Assembly (NCBI GenBank): GCA_963693365.1 | Contig: CAVNZM010000011.1 | Span: 248,001-312,000 of the forward strand | Origin: Amoebidium appalachense | Taxonomy: Eukaryota; Protista; Ichthyosporea | DNA: 64,000 nucleotides | Direction of reading: 5' to 3' | Shown: positions 12,001 through 24,329 of the stretch, one piece after another | Numbering within the stretch: position 1 is the stretch's first letter | How the letters are laid out: every line of letters begins with the position of its first letter | Program-made: the position numbers and the translations under genes | The notes under the pieces: generated by a model | What the model saw: the letters and a program-made list of their open reading frames with translations, nothing else | Told to the model about the DNA's origin: nothing | Database searches by the model: none

Positions 12001-15000
12001 ATGCAGCCCAGCCAGACCGACTCTGTGCTGCTGGCGGCCACCGATGCGGGCAGCAGCTACACCGGGGACCTGTTCTACTACCAGGGGGCCAAGTTTACGG
12101 CCACCGTGCTTCTGCAGCCATTTGACCAGTCGGAGGGCACACAGGCCTTGGCCGGCGCCACCGTACAGCTGATAGGGGCCGGCAGTGTTGTCTTGGCCAC
12201 GATGGTTACCGATGCCAAAGGTAAGGCAGATTTCGGAATCCGCTGGCCCGGCACATACACCGTCACTGTGGACCCTGCTACCCTCCCCAACCTCACCCTT
12301 CCAGTGTCAGGCAGCAGCAGTGTGGCTGTCAATGCGCCAAAGGGCAGCAGTGTTGGTGTGGACTTGCTCTACCGCGAGCATGCCATGATCACAGCTATCG
12401 TGACCATGGTGCCTGCCGGCCAGCCAGCCAACTCGTCTAATGGCCAAGGGGCGGTGGGTGTGGAGGTGACACTGCTGGGACCCAACGGCAAGGTGGTGGC
12501 CACAGCCAACACCACACAGGGCGGCATTGTGGACTTTGGGCCCGTGCCGCCGGGCAACTACACGGCCAGCGTCAACCCGGCCACCCTGCCCCCCAACTCG
12601 GTGCCACTGGCCGGCAACACGGTGCCCGTGGATGCCAGCACCCCCGGCAGCAGCAGCAGCGGGCAGCTGGCCTACTACCAGGGTGTGTCCATCAGCAGCA
12701 TGGTCCTTCTTGTCCCCTACGGCACAACCACCCCGGTCCAGGCCACTGGCATTGCCAGGGTTGCAGTGCAGCTGGTTGGTGCTGATGGCAATGCGGTGGC
12801 CTCGGGAATTTCCGATGCAGGAGGCAAGGTGGACTTTGGCATCCATTGGCCTGGGCTGTACATCGTGCGGGCCAACAGCAGCACCGTGCCCTCTCTGACC
12901 TACCCACTGCCTGCCAACCCGGCTCACAGCTTAACGGTCGATGCATCCGTCCCTGGGGGGTTCCATACAGCCACGCTGTTGTACCACCACTTCTCGGACC
13001 TGTCTGCTATCGTGACCATGGTGCCTGCCGGCCAGCCCGCCAACTGGTCCAATGGCCACGGGGCTGTGGGTGTGGAGGTGACACTGCTGGGACCCAACGG
13101 TGAGGTGGTGGCCACAGCCAACACCACACAGGGCGGCATTGTGGACTTTGGGCCCGTGCCACCGGGCAACTACACGGTCAGCGTTAACCCGACCACCCTA
13201 CCCCCCAGTTCAGTGGCTCTGGCCGCCAACACGATGGCTGTTGAGGCACGAGCCAACCAGAGCACCAGCGGGCTACTTGCCTACTACCAGGGTGTGCAAA
13301 TTGCCGCCCAGGTGCTGCTGCTGGTCCCAGGTACCACTGAAGTAGCCGCCGACACCCAGCCCCTGGCAGCCACTGTGCAATTGGTGGGTGGTGATGGCAC
13401 GGTGGTGACCACACGCACCACAGACACAGACGGGGCCGTGGACTTTGGAATCCGCTGGCCCGGCACGTACACCGTGCAGGTGGTCCCAGCTGGCCTCAGC
13501 CCCTTCCTCGTGCCGATGGCGGCCAATGCAAACCATGCCGTCACCGTGGCCATCAACACCCCCGGTGCCAGCACCACGGCCATGCTGCTGTACCAAATGC
13601 ACAGCCGCATCAGCGCTGTTGTGTCAGAGGTGCCGCCGGGTGACGGGTCAGCCTCACCCAATGCCAGTCCTATGGCTGGGCTGACGGTGGCTCTGCGTGC
13701 AGCCAATGACGACACGCTGGTCACTGGGACCACCACCAGTGATGGCGACTATGACTTCGGCCTGCACCCCCCTGGTCAGTACCTTGTAACGGTGGACACC
13801 AAGACCCTGCCGGGCCAGGCCGTTGTGCTGACTGCAAATGCAGACCACTCCGTGGCCCTGGCTGCTTCCCCCCGGCAGCAATGCCAGCGGCCACCTGTAT
13901 TACTATGTGGGTGCAAGTGTCGCCGCCAAAGTGTGGATGCTGCACCAGGGCCAGAGCCAGGTCACACAAGATGCCAGCCTCGTGGCTGGCGTGGCTGTGT
14001 CTCTGGTCGGTGCCGGTGGCAGCGTGGTGACCACAGGTACCACGGGGCCCAACGGCACCGTGGACTTTGGCACCCATTGGCCCGGCACATACAGCGTGGT
14101 GGTGGATGGCAGGAGCCTGCCTGCCCTGAGCCTGCCCCTACCTGTTAATGCAGACAACAGGGTGGCTGTCAATGCGCCCAAGGGCAGCAGTGTTGGTGTG
14201 GACCTGCTCTACCGCCAGTATGCCGAGATCACAGCTATCGTGACCACGGTGCCTGCCGGCCAGCCCGCCAACTCGTCCAATGGTCAAGCGGCGGTGGGTG
14301 TGGAGGTGACGCTGCTGGGACCCAACGGCAAGGTGGTGGCCACAGCCAACACCACACAGGGCGGCATTGTGGACTTTGGGCCCGTGCCACCGGGCAACTA
14401 CACGGTCATCGTCAACCCAGCCACCCTGCCCCCCAACTCGGTGCCTCTGGCCGGCAACACGTTGCCGGTGGATGCCAGCACCCCCGGCAGCAGCAGCAAC
14501 GGGCAGCTGGCCTACTATCAGGGTGTGGGCATTGCGGCCCGGGTGCTGCTGCTCCCAGCCAATGAGACCACCCCGTCAGGCACGGCCCAGGCCCTGCCCA
14601 ACATCACCGTCAGCCTGACAGGCAGCAACGGGCAGGTGCTGGCCACAGCACAGACCGGCACCAGTGGGGTGCATGACTTTGGGGTGTGGGTGCCGGGCAC
14701 ATATGTTGTGGTGGTCGACAGCACGGACCTGCCCAGCCTCTGTGTGCCGCTGGGCAGCAACACCGACCACAAGGCCACGGCCACGGCCACCCAGCCGGGC
14801 ACGCACTATGCCGTGGACCTGCTGTACCACCGCATGGTGGAGATCAGTGCCGACGTGCTTCTGATCCCGGCCAAGACCATGCAGGGCAAGCTGGCAGCCA
14901 CTGCACGCAGCATGGGCGGGGTGGTGGTGCAGCTGGTGGACGAGGCCACGGGCCAAGTGGTTGCCGAGCAGAGGCAGGCTGATGGCCCCCTCGACCTAGG

Positions 15001-18000
15001 CACCCACCCTGCCGGCCACTACCACGTGCAGATCGACCCTGCCACCCTGCCGCATGGGGCCCAGCCCACCGAGAACAACGCGCAGCATCGCATGGCCGTG
15101 GATGCCTTGGTCGAGGGGGGCCGCTACAGCGCGGTGCTCTACTACCGCGAGGCCCTGGTGCAGGTCAGGGCCAAGGTGGTGCTGCTGCCCGTCACAGACG
15201 CCGTGCCCGCCCCCAACGACCGGCCCATCCCTGCCGTGCCCCTGCTGCTGACTGCAGCAAACGGCATCATGGCCAATGCCACCACCGATCAGGACGGCTG
15301 GGCAGAATTTGGCTGGGTGCTGCCTGGGGTGTATGACGTGGTGGCACCGGCCGCCACCCTCCCTGCATGGCTGACACCCGTCAGTGCCAATGGCGAGGGG
15401 CTGGTGGGGGTGATGGCAAACGAGACGGGCCAGACCTACACCGCGGTGCTGGGCTACGTCAGGGAGATGCACATCAGCGGCCGCATCGTGGCCTCGTCCG
15501 ACTGCCAGGAGCCCAAGCAGGGCAGCAGCAGCAGGCCCGTGGCTGGAGTGCACGTGGTGCTGATGACCAGTGACCGCCAGAAGGTGCTGGGCGAGGCCAC
15601 CGCCAATGCCACGGGCCACTACACCTTCGGCAGCCTAGAGGCCGGCACATACAGCCTGTTCCTGGATGCCTCGAGTCTGCCTGCGGCTGTGACGGCTGCA
15701 GACGGCTACGAGGACATCACTGTGGACCCCCTGGTGCGGGGCGGTGCCATCGACATATTTGTGTGCGACACCAAGAGGCTGGAGTACGGCCTGTTGTATG
15801 GCGTGGTGTACCAGGACCAGACACCAAACAACAAGTTGGACGGCCGTGAGCTCGGCCGGCCCAGGTTCATTGTGCAGCTGCTTGCACAGAACAAGACGCT
15901 GCTAGAGTCCACCGTGTCCAACGCCCTGGGCCAGTACGGCTTCGACAAGCTGGCCCTGGTCACCCACTGGGTCCGCTTCTTCGGCATGGCCTCCAACAAC
16001 ACCACAGAGGCCACCCGCCAGCGCCGTGATGCACTGCTACGTAAGGAGATGGTCCCAGTGGACCCCTACCAGTTTGTGCCCGTGGAGGTCGAGGCACCAC
16101 TCAGCGACACGGTGCGCAGTATACGCATCGACTACGGCAACCCGCCAACCAACGACACGTCCGCCATTGTGGTCACACTGTTCAATGACACCAACGGCGA
16201 CGGTTTGATGGAGTCGGGTGAGGCGGGGCTGCAGGGGGTGCGGTTGACGATCCAGGACCAGCAGGGCAACATGGTGCTGGCCACAAGCACAGACGCGGCC
16301 GGCCAGGTGGCCACCTACTACGCCATGCCCGGCATCTACATCATTGTTGTCGACCCCACCACCCTGGCAACGGACACCATGCGTGCAGACTGGGCTGACC
16401 TGACCAAAGATGGGCCGGTCACGGTGGAGATTGTGGAGCTGGGCAAGGTTGCCCGCCTGACCATAGGGTTTACCATTCAAGCCAGTCTGTCAACCACCAC
16501 GACCACCACCACCACCACCGCCGAGCCTACCACCACCACCACCACTCCTGAGCCAACTACCACCACCACAACAACAACAACCACTACCGAGCCTACAACC
16601 ACCACCACCACCACCACCACCACCGAGCCTACAACCACCACCACCACCACCACCACGACCGAGCCTACCGCCACCACCACCGAGCCTACCACCACCACCA
16701 CCACCGCCGCCGAGCCTACCACCGCCACCACCACTCCTGAGCCAACTACCACCACCACCACAACAACAACCACTACCGAGCCTACAACCACCACCACCAC
16801 CACCACCACCACCACCGAGCCTACAACCACCACCACCACCACCACCACCACCGAGCCTAACACCACCACCACCACCACCACCACCACCACCACCCCCGAA
16901 CCTACCACCACCACCACCACCACCACCACCACCACCGAGCCTACAACCACCACCACCACCACCACCACGACCGAGCCTACCACCACCACCACCGAGCCTA
17001 CCGCCACCACCACCACCGCCGCCGAGCCTACCACCGCCACCACCACTCCTGAGCCAACTACCACCACCACAACAACAACAACCACTACCGAGCCTACAAC
17101 CACCACCACCACCGAGCCTACAACCACCACCACCACCACCACCACCACCACCACCACCGAGCCTACAACCACCACCACCACCACCACCACGACCGAGCCT
17201 ACCACCACCACCACCGAGCCTACCGCCACCACCACCACCACCGCCGAGCCTACCACCGCCACCACCACTCCTGAGCCAACTACCACCACCACCACAACAA
17301 CAACCACTACCGAGCCTACAACCACCACCACCACCACCACCACCACCACCGAGCCTACAACCACCACCACCACCACCACCACCACCGAGCCCACCACCAC
17401 CACCACCGAGCCTACCACCACCACCACCACCACCACCACCACCACCACCCCCGAACCTACCACCACCACCACCACCACCACCACCACCACCGAGCCTACA
17501 ACCACCACCACCACCACCACCACGACCGAGCCTACCACCACCACCACCGAGCCTACCGCCACCACCACCACCGCCGCCGAGCCTACCACCGCCACCACCA
17601 CTCCTGAGCCAACTACCACCACCACCACAACAACAACCACTACCGAGCCTACAACCACCACCACCACCGAGCCTACAACAACCACCACCACCACCACCAC
17701 CACCACCACCACCGAGCCTACAACCACCACCACCACCACCACCACCACCGAGCCTACCACCACCACCACCGAGCCTACCGCCACCACCACCACCACCGCC
17801 GAGCCTACCACCACCACCACCACTCCTGAGCCAACTACCACCACCACAACAACAACAACCACTACCGAGCCTACAACCACCACCACCACCACCACCACCA
17901 CCGAGCCTACAACCACCACCACCACCACCACCACCACCGAGCCTACCACCACCACCACCGAGCCTACCGCCACCACCACCACCACCGCCGAGCCTACCAC

Positions 18001-21000
18001 CGCCACCACCACTCCTGAGCCAACTACCACCACCACCACAACAACAACCACTACCGAGCCTACAACCACCACCACCACCACCACCACCACCACCGAGCCT
18101 ACAACCACCACCACCACCACCACCACCACCACCACCGAGCCCACCACCACCACCACCGAGCCTACCACCACCACCACCACCACCACCACCACCACCACCC
18201 CCGAACCTACCACCACCACCACCACCACCACCACCACCACCGAGCCTACAACCACCACCACCACCACCACCACGACCGAGCCTACCACCACCACCACCGA
18301 GCCTACCGCCACCACCACCACCGCCGCCGAGCCTACCACCGCCACCACCACTCCTGAGCCAACTACCACCACCACCACAACAACAACCACTACCGAGCCT
18401 ACAACCACCACCACCACCGAGCCTACAACCACCACCACCACCACCACCACCACCACCACCACCGAGCCTACAACCACCACCACCACCACCACCACGACCG
18501 AGCCTACCACCACCACCACCGAGCCTACCACCACCACCACCACCACCACCACTACCACCACCGAGCCTACCACCACTACCACCACCACACCTACCACAAC
18601 CACCACCATCACCACCGAGCCTACCGCCACCACCACCACTCCTGAGCCAACTACCACCACCACCACAACAACAACCACTACCGAGCCTACAACCACCACC
18701 ACCACCACCACCACCACCGAGCCTACAACCACCACCACCACCACCACCACCACCGAGCCTACCACCACCACCACCGAGCCTACCGCCACCACCACCACCA
18801 CCGCCGAGCCTACCACCGCCACCACCACTCCTGAGCCAACTACCACCACCACCACAACAACAACCACTACCGAGCCTACAACCACCACCACCACCACCAC
18901 CACCACCACCGAGCCTACAACCACCACCACCACCACCACCACCACCACCACCGAGCCCACCACCACCACCACCGAGCCTACCACCACCACCACCACCACC
19001 ACCACCACCACCACCCCCGAACCTACCACCACCACCACCACCACCACCACCACCACCGAGCCTACAACCACCACCACCACCACCACCACGACCGAGCCTA
19101 CCACCACCACCACCGAGCCTACCACCACCACCACCACCACCACCACTACCACCACCGAGCCTACCACCACTACCACCACCACACCTACCACAACCACCAC
19201 CATCACCACCGAGCCTACCGCCACCACCACCACTCCTGAGCCAACTACCACCACCACCACAACAACAACCACTACCGAGCCTACAACCACCACCACCACC
19301 ACCACCACCACCACCGAGCCTACAACCACCACCACCACCACCACCACCACCGAGCCTACCACCACCACCACCACCACCACCACCACCACCACCCCCGAAC
19401 CTACCACCACCACCACCACCACCACCACCACCACCGAGCCTACAACCACCACCACCACCACCACCACCACCGAGCCTACAACCACCACCACCACCACCAC
19501 CACGACCGAGCCTACCGCCACCACCACCGAGCCTACCACCACCACCACCACCACCGCCGAGCCTACCACCGCCACCACCACTCCTGAGCCAACTACCACC
19601 ACCACCACAACAACAACCACTACCGAGCCTACAACCACCACCACCACCACCACCACCACCACCGAGCCTACAACCACCACCACCACCACCACCACCACCG
19701 AGCCCACCACCACCACCACCGAGCCTACCACCACCACCACCACCACCACCACCACCACCACCCCCGAACCTACCACCACCACCACCACCACCACCACCAC
19801 CACCGAGCCTACAACCACCACCACCGAGCCTACCACCACCACCACCACCACCACCACTACCACCACCGAGCCTACCACCACTACCACCACCACACCTACC
19901 ACAACCACCACCATCACCACCGAGCCTACCGCCACCACCACCACCCCAGAGCCAACTACCATCACCACCACAACAACAACCACCACCGAGCCTACGGCCA
20001 CCAGCAGCAGCAGCAGCATGCTGCGCAGCACTGAATCCGCCGCCACCACCCCCGGCCCAGCCCAGGCTAGCACCACCACCACAACGGGGGGGCCAAACAA
20101 CCTGGTGTCTAACACCGACACCACAAAGTCCCTCACCCTGTCCACCCGCCAACCCACCACCACCACCATCCCAGAGGCCACCACCACCACCACCACCACC
20201 CCAGGGGCCAGCACCACCACCACCAGCAGCGCAGGGGCCACCACCACCATCAGCCCAGGGGCCAGAACCACCACCAGCACTTCAGCCCCAACCACCACCA
20301 CCACAGAGGGGCCCAACAATCTGGTGTCCAACACCGAGGCAACAGAGTCCCTCACCCTCTCCACCCGCCAGCCGACTACCAGCACAGAGGCTTCTTCCAC
20401 CACCACCACCCAGCCTGAGGCCGGTATGCCCACCACCACCACGGCAGGCAATGCAGCCACCAGCCAGTCCACGAGCAGCGCAGGCCCAGCCTCCACCACA
20501 ACCACGGCCACCACCCAGGGCACAACCACCATCACAACATCTGCTGATGCCACCACCGCCACCACCGCCACCGCTGGTAATGCAACCAGCACCAACGCAA
20601 CCACCAGCACCGAGGCCACGGCCACAGCCAGCAGTGGCAGGCAGGCCAGCAGCACGAGTGCTGTGGGGGGCATTGGCAGCCTGCTGCAGGGCACAGCCAC
20701 CAGCGAGGACCTCAGTCTTGCCCGCAGGCCCACCAGCAGCACGGTGCAGCCCAGCCCCACCACCAGTCAGCAGGCTAGCGGTGGCATCGACAATCTGCTC
20801 GATGGCGCACCGGCACAGAACGACACAGAGGTGCTGAGGGCCCGCCCAGGTGTGAGTCAGGCCAGCAGCAGCACGGTGGCAGCCACAGGGGACAGCCAGG
20901 GTGGGCCGCTGGGCCAGCCCACCACCACCACCACTCGCGGCCACACACAGACGGCAGCGGCGCCAGCCGACCAGGCCAGTGTAGCCGTGAGCAACGAGGA

Positions 21001-21646
21001 TCTTGGGCTGGTGGCCAGGCCCAGGCCCACCACCAGCCAGCTGCAGCCAGGCGTGTCTGCTGGGCCCAACGACCAGAACAAGGAGACAGCCGTCGATGAG
21101 CCTCAAGACCTGACCCTCCGGCCACGGCCCACCACCACCACCACCACCACCATCACCACCCCCATGGCCCCTGGGGCACCTGCCGACCAGGTGGGCCAAT
21201 CGGCTGCCAGCGAGGACCTAGGGCTCAAGCTCAGGCCCAAGCCCACGCCCATCGTCGCGCCCATAGTGCCTGCAGCAACCGATGTCTATACGATGGCCTT
21301 AGAGGCCAGCCCAGTGTATGGCGGCCGCATGGCCACAATGGACGAGCAAGATGATAGTGACAGCCCATTGGCCCGCATCATGGGCCACGTGTATGTAGAT
21401 GCAGACGGCAACGGCAGGAAGGATGACGGGGAGCAGACCGTAAGGGGCAGTGCCGTGCATGTGGAGGATGAGGGGGGGGTGGCCCTGGCCACAACACGCA
21501 CGGATGCTGCAGGGTTCTACGGGTTTAACAATCTGTTCCCTCGCCGCTACCGTGTGGTGGTCACCGTGGGCAGGGAGATATACGAAAGGATAGTCGTGTC
21601 CCTGCCTGGTGCTACTAGCCAGGTCGATGTTCCAGTCACGGCGTGA
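3..21646 (+). CDS. Giant secreted/surface adhesin-like protein, 5'-partial, ~6,520 aa in window: Cys-rich modules, ~40 SdrD-B/Cna-B-like (carboxypeptidase-regulatory-like) beta-sandwich repeats, Thr-rich stalk, terminal SdrD-B-like domain
   Basis: Exons <3-164, 1565-3214, 3507-5207 and 5587-21646 are joined by phase-0 GT-AG introns and stay in frame. A +1 shift at the C6 run 13868-13873 joins ORFs 5554-14148 and 13838-21646. The ~105-aa repeats have the pattern GVxVxL...G..vatttT..dG.ydFg.v.PG.Y.V.vdp.tLP. Ca-binding-type loops include YVDFNGNKRMDSDEPGI, YEDLDRDGSQDASEPGI, FWDYDGDGRPGSGEIGI, YEDTNKNGVWDSGEVGV, FNDTNGDGLMESGEAGL and YVDADGNGRKDDGEQTV. Confidence 0.85.
175..475. repeat. Degenerate ~55-60 bp minisatellite (poly-C / CAAACACACAC / CACTCCCC units) in intron 1
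   Basis: About 5 units of C-run + caaacacacac(a/g)caaaa(a/g)cactccc. Confidence 0.7.
705..1244. mobile_element. Non-autonomous DNA transposon (MITE), 540 bp, Mutator-like by TSD length
   Basis: Perfect 15-bp TIRs: AGCATGAATTCGCTT (705-719) and AAGCGAATTCATGCT (1230-1244). Identical 9-bp flanking direct repeat CCATGGGTA at 696-704 and 1245-1253. The interior is AT-rich, unlike the surrounding intron. Confidence 0.9.
5850..11165 (+). repeat. Internal tandem segmental duplication in the giant gene (offset 2,832 bp = 944 aa)
   Basis: Near-identical DNA at a constant offset, e.g. ggtaccgtcgtggccactcgg at 7501 and 10333; shadow ORFs recur at 6254/9086, 7022/9854 and 7483/10315. Further partial copies lie near 11750-12030 and at 12330-12690 / 13010-13200 / 14170-14520. 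Confidence 0.9.
16490..20000 (+). repeat. Coding (ACC)n-based array encoding a mucin-like T(n)EP stalk of ~1,170 aa
   Basis: TTTTEP/TTPEP/AAEP units arranged in recurring higher-order blocks; the frame stays open throughout. Confidence 0.95.
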
Positions 21647-22320
21647 GCGATTGAAATTTCGCAATTTCACAGTGTTTTTAGGTATTACACCCCATTGTGA
21701 GATCGTGTGTGCAAGTTTTTGTTTTGAGGTAAATATAGTATTGGCATAATGCCTGTGGCAGGTCCACACTTTTTGTATGAACTGACAAATTGATATGTAA
21801 TTTTAGATATGCAAATAACTCACTGCAAAGTCACAGTGAGTACCATTCTAAAGCAGAGCCGTGCGGCTGTGCTAGCCCAGTTTTAATGATCTTGTAAAGC
21901 AACTTGCTAAATTTATATGTATACGCACATATCAAGCTGTGCGGTATGGCTGAAGATAATAAGATTCGTTATTAAGTTATTGATCAGCTAGTGCAGAATC
22001 ATCGTGGATGTTTCGCGTGTTCTGTGGTATTTCACCCCTGCTTTCCGTTTCGCAGCCAAACCACCACCACCACCACACCCCCCTCCCCGGGCCCTCCCCC
22101 CTGGTGGAGGCATAGGAACCCCCCTGATGATGGGCTCTGTTTAAGTGTCTCCTGCCTGCACGCTTTTATTGTTTGATTTTGGATTTCCCACTTTTGTATA
22201 CCGTTTTGTTGTTGCTCTTTGTTGTCTCCTCCATATTTCCAACCCTCGAACGCATACATCCCCCCCCCTCCCCCCCCCCCCTCCCAGCTCACTCGAATCT
22301 GTCGATCATCGGGCAGGTAA

Positions 22321-22390
22321 ACATAGTACCCACAGTCACCAGGCCTCACTGGGATATTTCAGTGAGGCCTGGTGACTGTGGGTACTGTGT
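22321..22390 (+). ncRNA. Near-perfect hairpin; candidate pre-miRNA/mirtron-like RNA or foldback element
   Basis: Perfect 27-bp inverted repeat 22325-22351 / 22360-22386, extendable to ~33 bp with G.U pairs on the + strand. It begins 4 nt after a CAG|GTAAAC donor-like site (22317). Confidence 0.35.
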
Positions 22391-22811
22391 AGAGAATTGG
22401 ACGTTCTGACTGTGGGTATTATAGCCAAGGTCATGTGCATATCATGCAAGCGGCTCCCCTCCCACCCTCCACCCCCCCACCCCCCACCCCTCCCCTTCCC
22501 CCCTCCAACTCGCCCCTTCCCCCCCCCCCCGGGCTGGGGTCACCAGATGGGCAGGTCTCCACACATGGTGTTGTGAGCATGCAGACAACCCATCGATATT
22601 CTCTCAAGGTGTCGCGTGGACGTAGTGAAGCACTACAGTGAATAACTGCGCATGTGAAATCTAGATCTGGATTGCAGCAATCTAACGTCATACCCCACAG
22701 CTGGATATTTGTTGCTGGCGCCGAACACCCTTCATATTTGGAGCGTTTGTGAGCGATGCATGCCTGCACCTAAGCACAAGCGGAAGCACGAGCCGGGGAG
22801 GGGGGAGGGGG

Positions 22812-22852
<41 letters not shown>

Positions 22853-23932
22853 GCAGATACATACTGGATTCGGAACACAAGAATGGCATCATGCATATGA
22901 TGTGTGTTTGCTGCCCAAGTCAACCCGGGCAATCTCCCCGGCCCGTCGGAATGATACATTCTGGCCACCTCCCAAACATCTTGTGTACGCACTCCAATGA
23001 GGTGTGACGGGCATGTATTTAAACAAATGACTTGAATACAGAGCATACCCAGAGCTCTACAGAGTAACAAACTCCCCCCCCCCCCTCCCCCTCCCCCCCC
23101 CTCCCTCCCTCCCACACACACACACACACACACTACGGCCGGTGCTGGCCACCTTTAGCAGGCTGGCGGGCCTTCCAATATGACTCAAGCACATCTCTCC
23201 CTCCCCCCCCCTCCCCCTCCCCTTCCCCTCCCCCCCACCCCAACACACACACGCAAAATGAAATAAAGCAGGAGTGTTTCAAAGGAAGAGCAAGAAAAGA
23301 GCCCGCTGGCTTTGAGAAAAGATGGCTCAGATAGACGGCATGATGGACCCCAAATACGTCATTTGGTGCCCTGCGGCCACCCAGCCCTCCACAGTCAAAG
23401 GGACCCCCTTGCTGTCCCTATGGCCATATATCGGCTTAGCGCCATGCCCACCTGCCCCCGTTGCACTCTGGTGCCGGGTGTCTGCCGTAGCACCCAGAGC
23501 CAGGGCAGCAGCACTGCGCACAGTGGCCACGGCCCTCGAAGCAGTCGGGGGGACACACCACGGTGTGCTGTCGGGTAGCACGGTGGTGCTGTGGACAGTG
23601 CCCTGGTGAGCTGGTGTTGTGTTTTTTTTTTAGGGAGGGGGGGAGGGGGAGGGGGGAGGGGAGGGGAGGGGGGGGGGGGGGAGGGAGGGAAGGGAGGGGA
23701 TCTTTGTCTTTCCTTTTCTAAATTTTTATCCCACCTTCATTTTTTCTTTTGTTGATTAGTGGTGGCTGGGGGGGGGGAGGGGGGGTTCCATCCGACACCA
23801 TCGAATCCCAGGGAGCTCTGTTATATCTATTTTCTTTCCCTTTTAAACCCCTGCTCTCCATTTTCTTTCTTCTGTCTTTCAACGTTTTTACCCCCTTGCC
23901 CCCCTCTCTTCCTTCCTGCCTTCAGCTTTTTC

Positions 23933-23965
<33 letters not shown>

Positions 23966-24298
23966 CCCCTTTTCTTTTCTTCATCATCATCATCTTCTTC
24001 TTCTTCTTCTTCTTCTTCTTTTTTTTTTTTTTGGGGGGGGGGGGGGGGGGAGGGATTGCCCACCCTTTAATCCTGTGGTTGCCTCATCCCTCCCCCCCCC
24101 CCCCCCCCCCCCCCCCCCACACCCCTTCCAAACAAGTTTCATTTTTACTCCAACCCCCCCCCCCCCCCCCCCTCCCCCCTCCCCCCTCTTCCCCCCCACC
24201 TTCTCCGGCCTTTTCTTTTTTCTTTTTTCTTTTTCTTTTCGTTTCTTTTTTCTTTCTTTCTGCCCTTCTTTCTTTTTCTTTTTCCTTTTTTTTTTTTT

Positions 24299-24329
<31 letters not shown>

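Noticed and set aside
16477-20763. 1,428-aa poly-Val and 1,220-aa poly-Gly ORFs on the minus strand
   Set aside because: Antisense shadows of the (ACC)n Thr array.
23327-23610. Minus-strand peptide ending ...VEGWVAAGHQMTYLGSIM resembling the YLGS motif of a LINE RT
   Set aside because: Only one short motif with no YADD or QG upstream. It could be an exon of an unknown gene, but I cannot support that.
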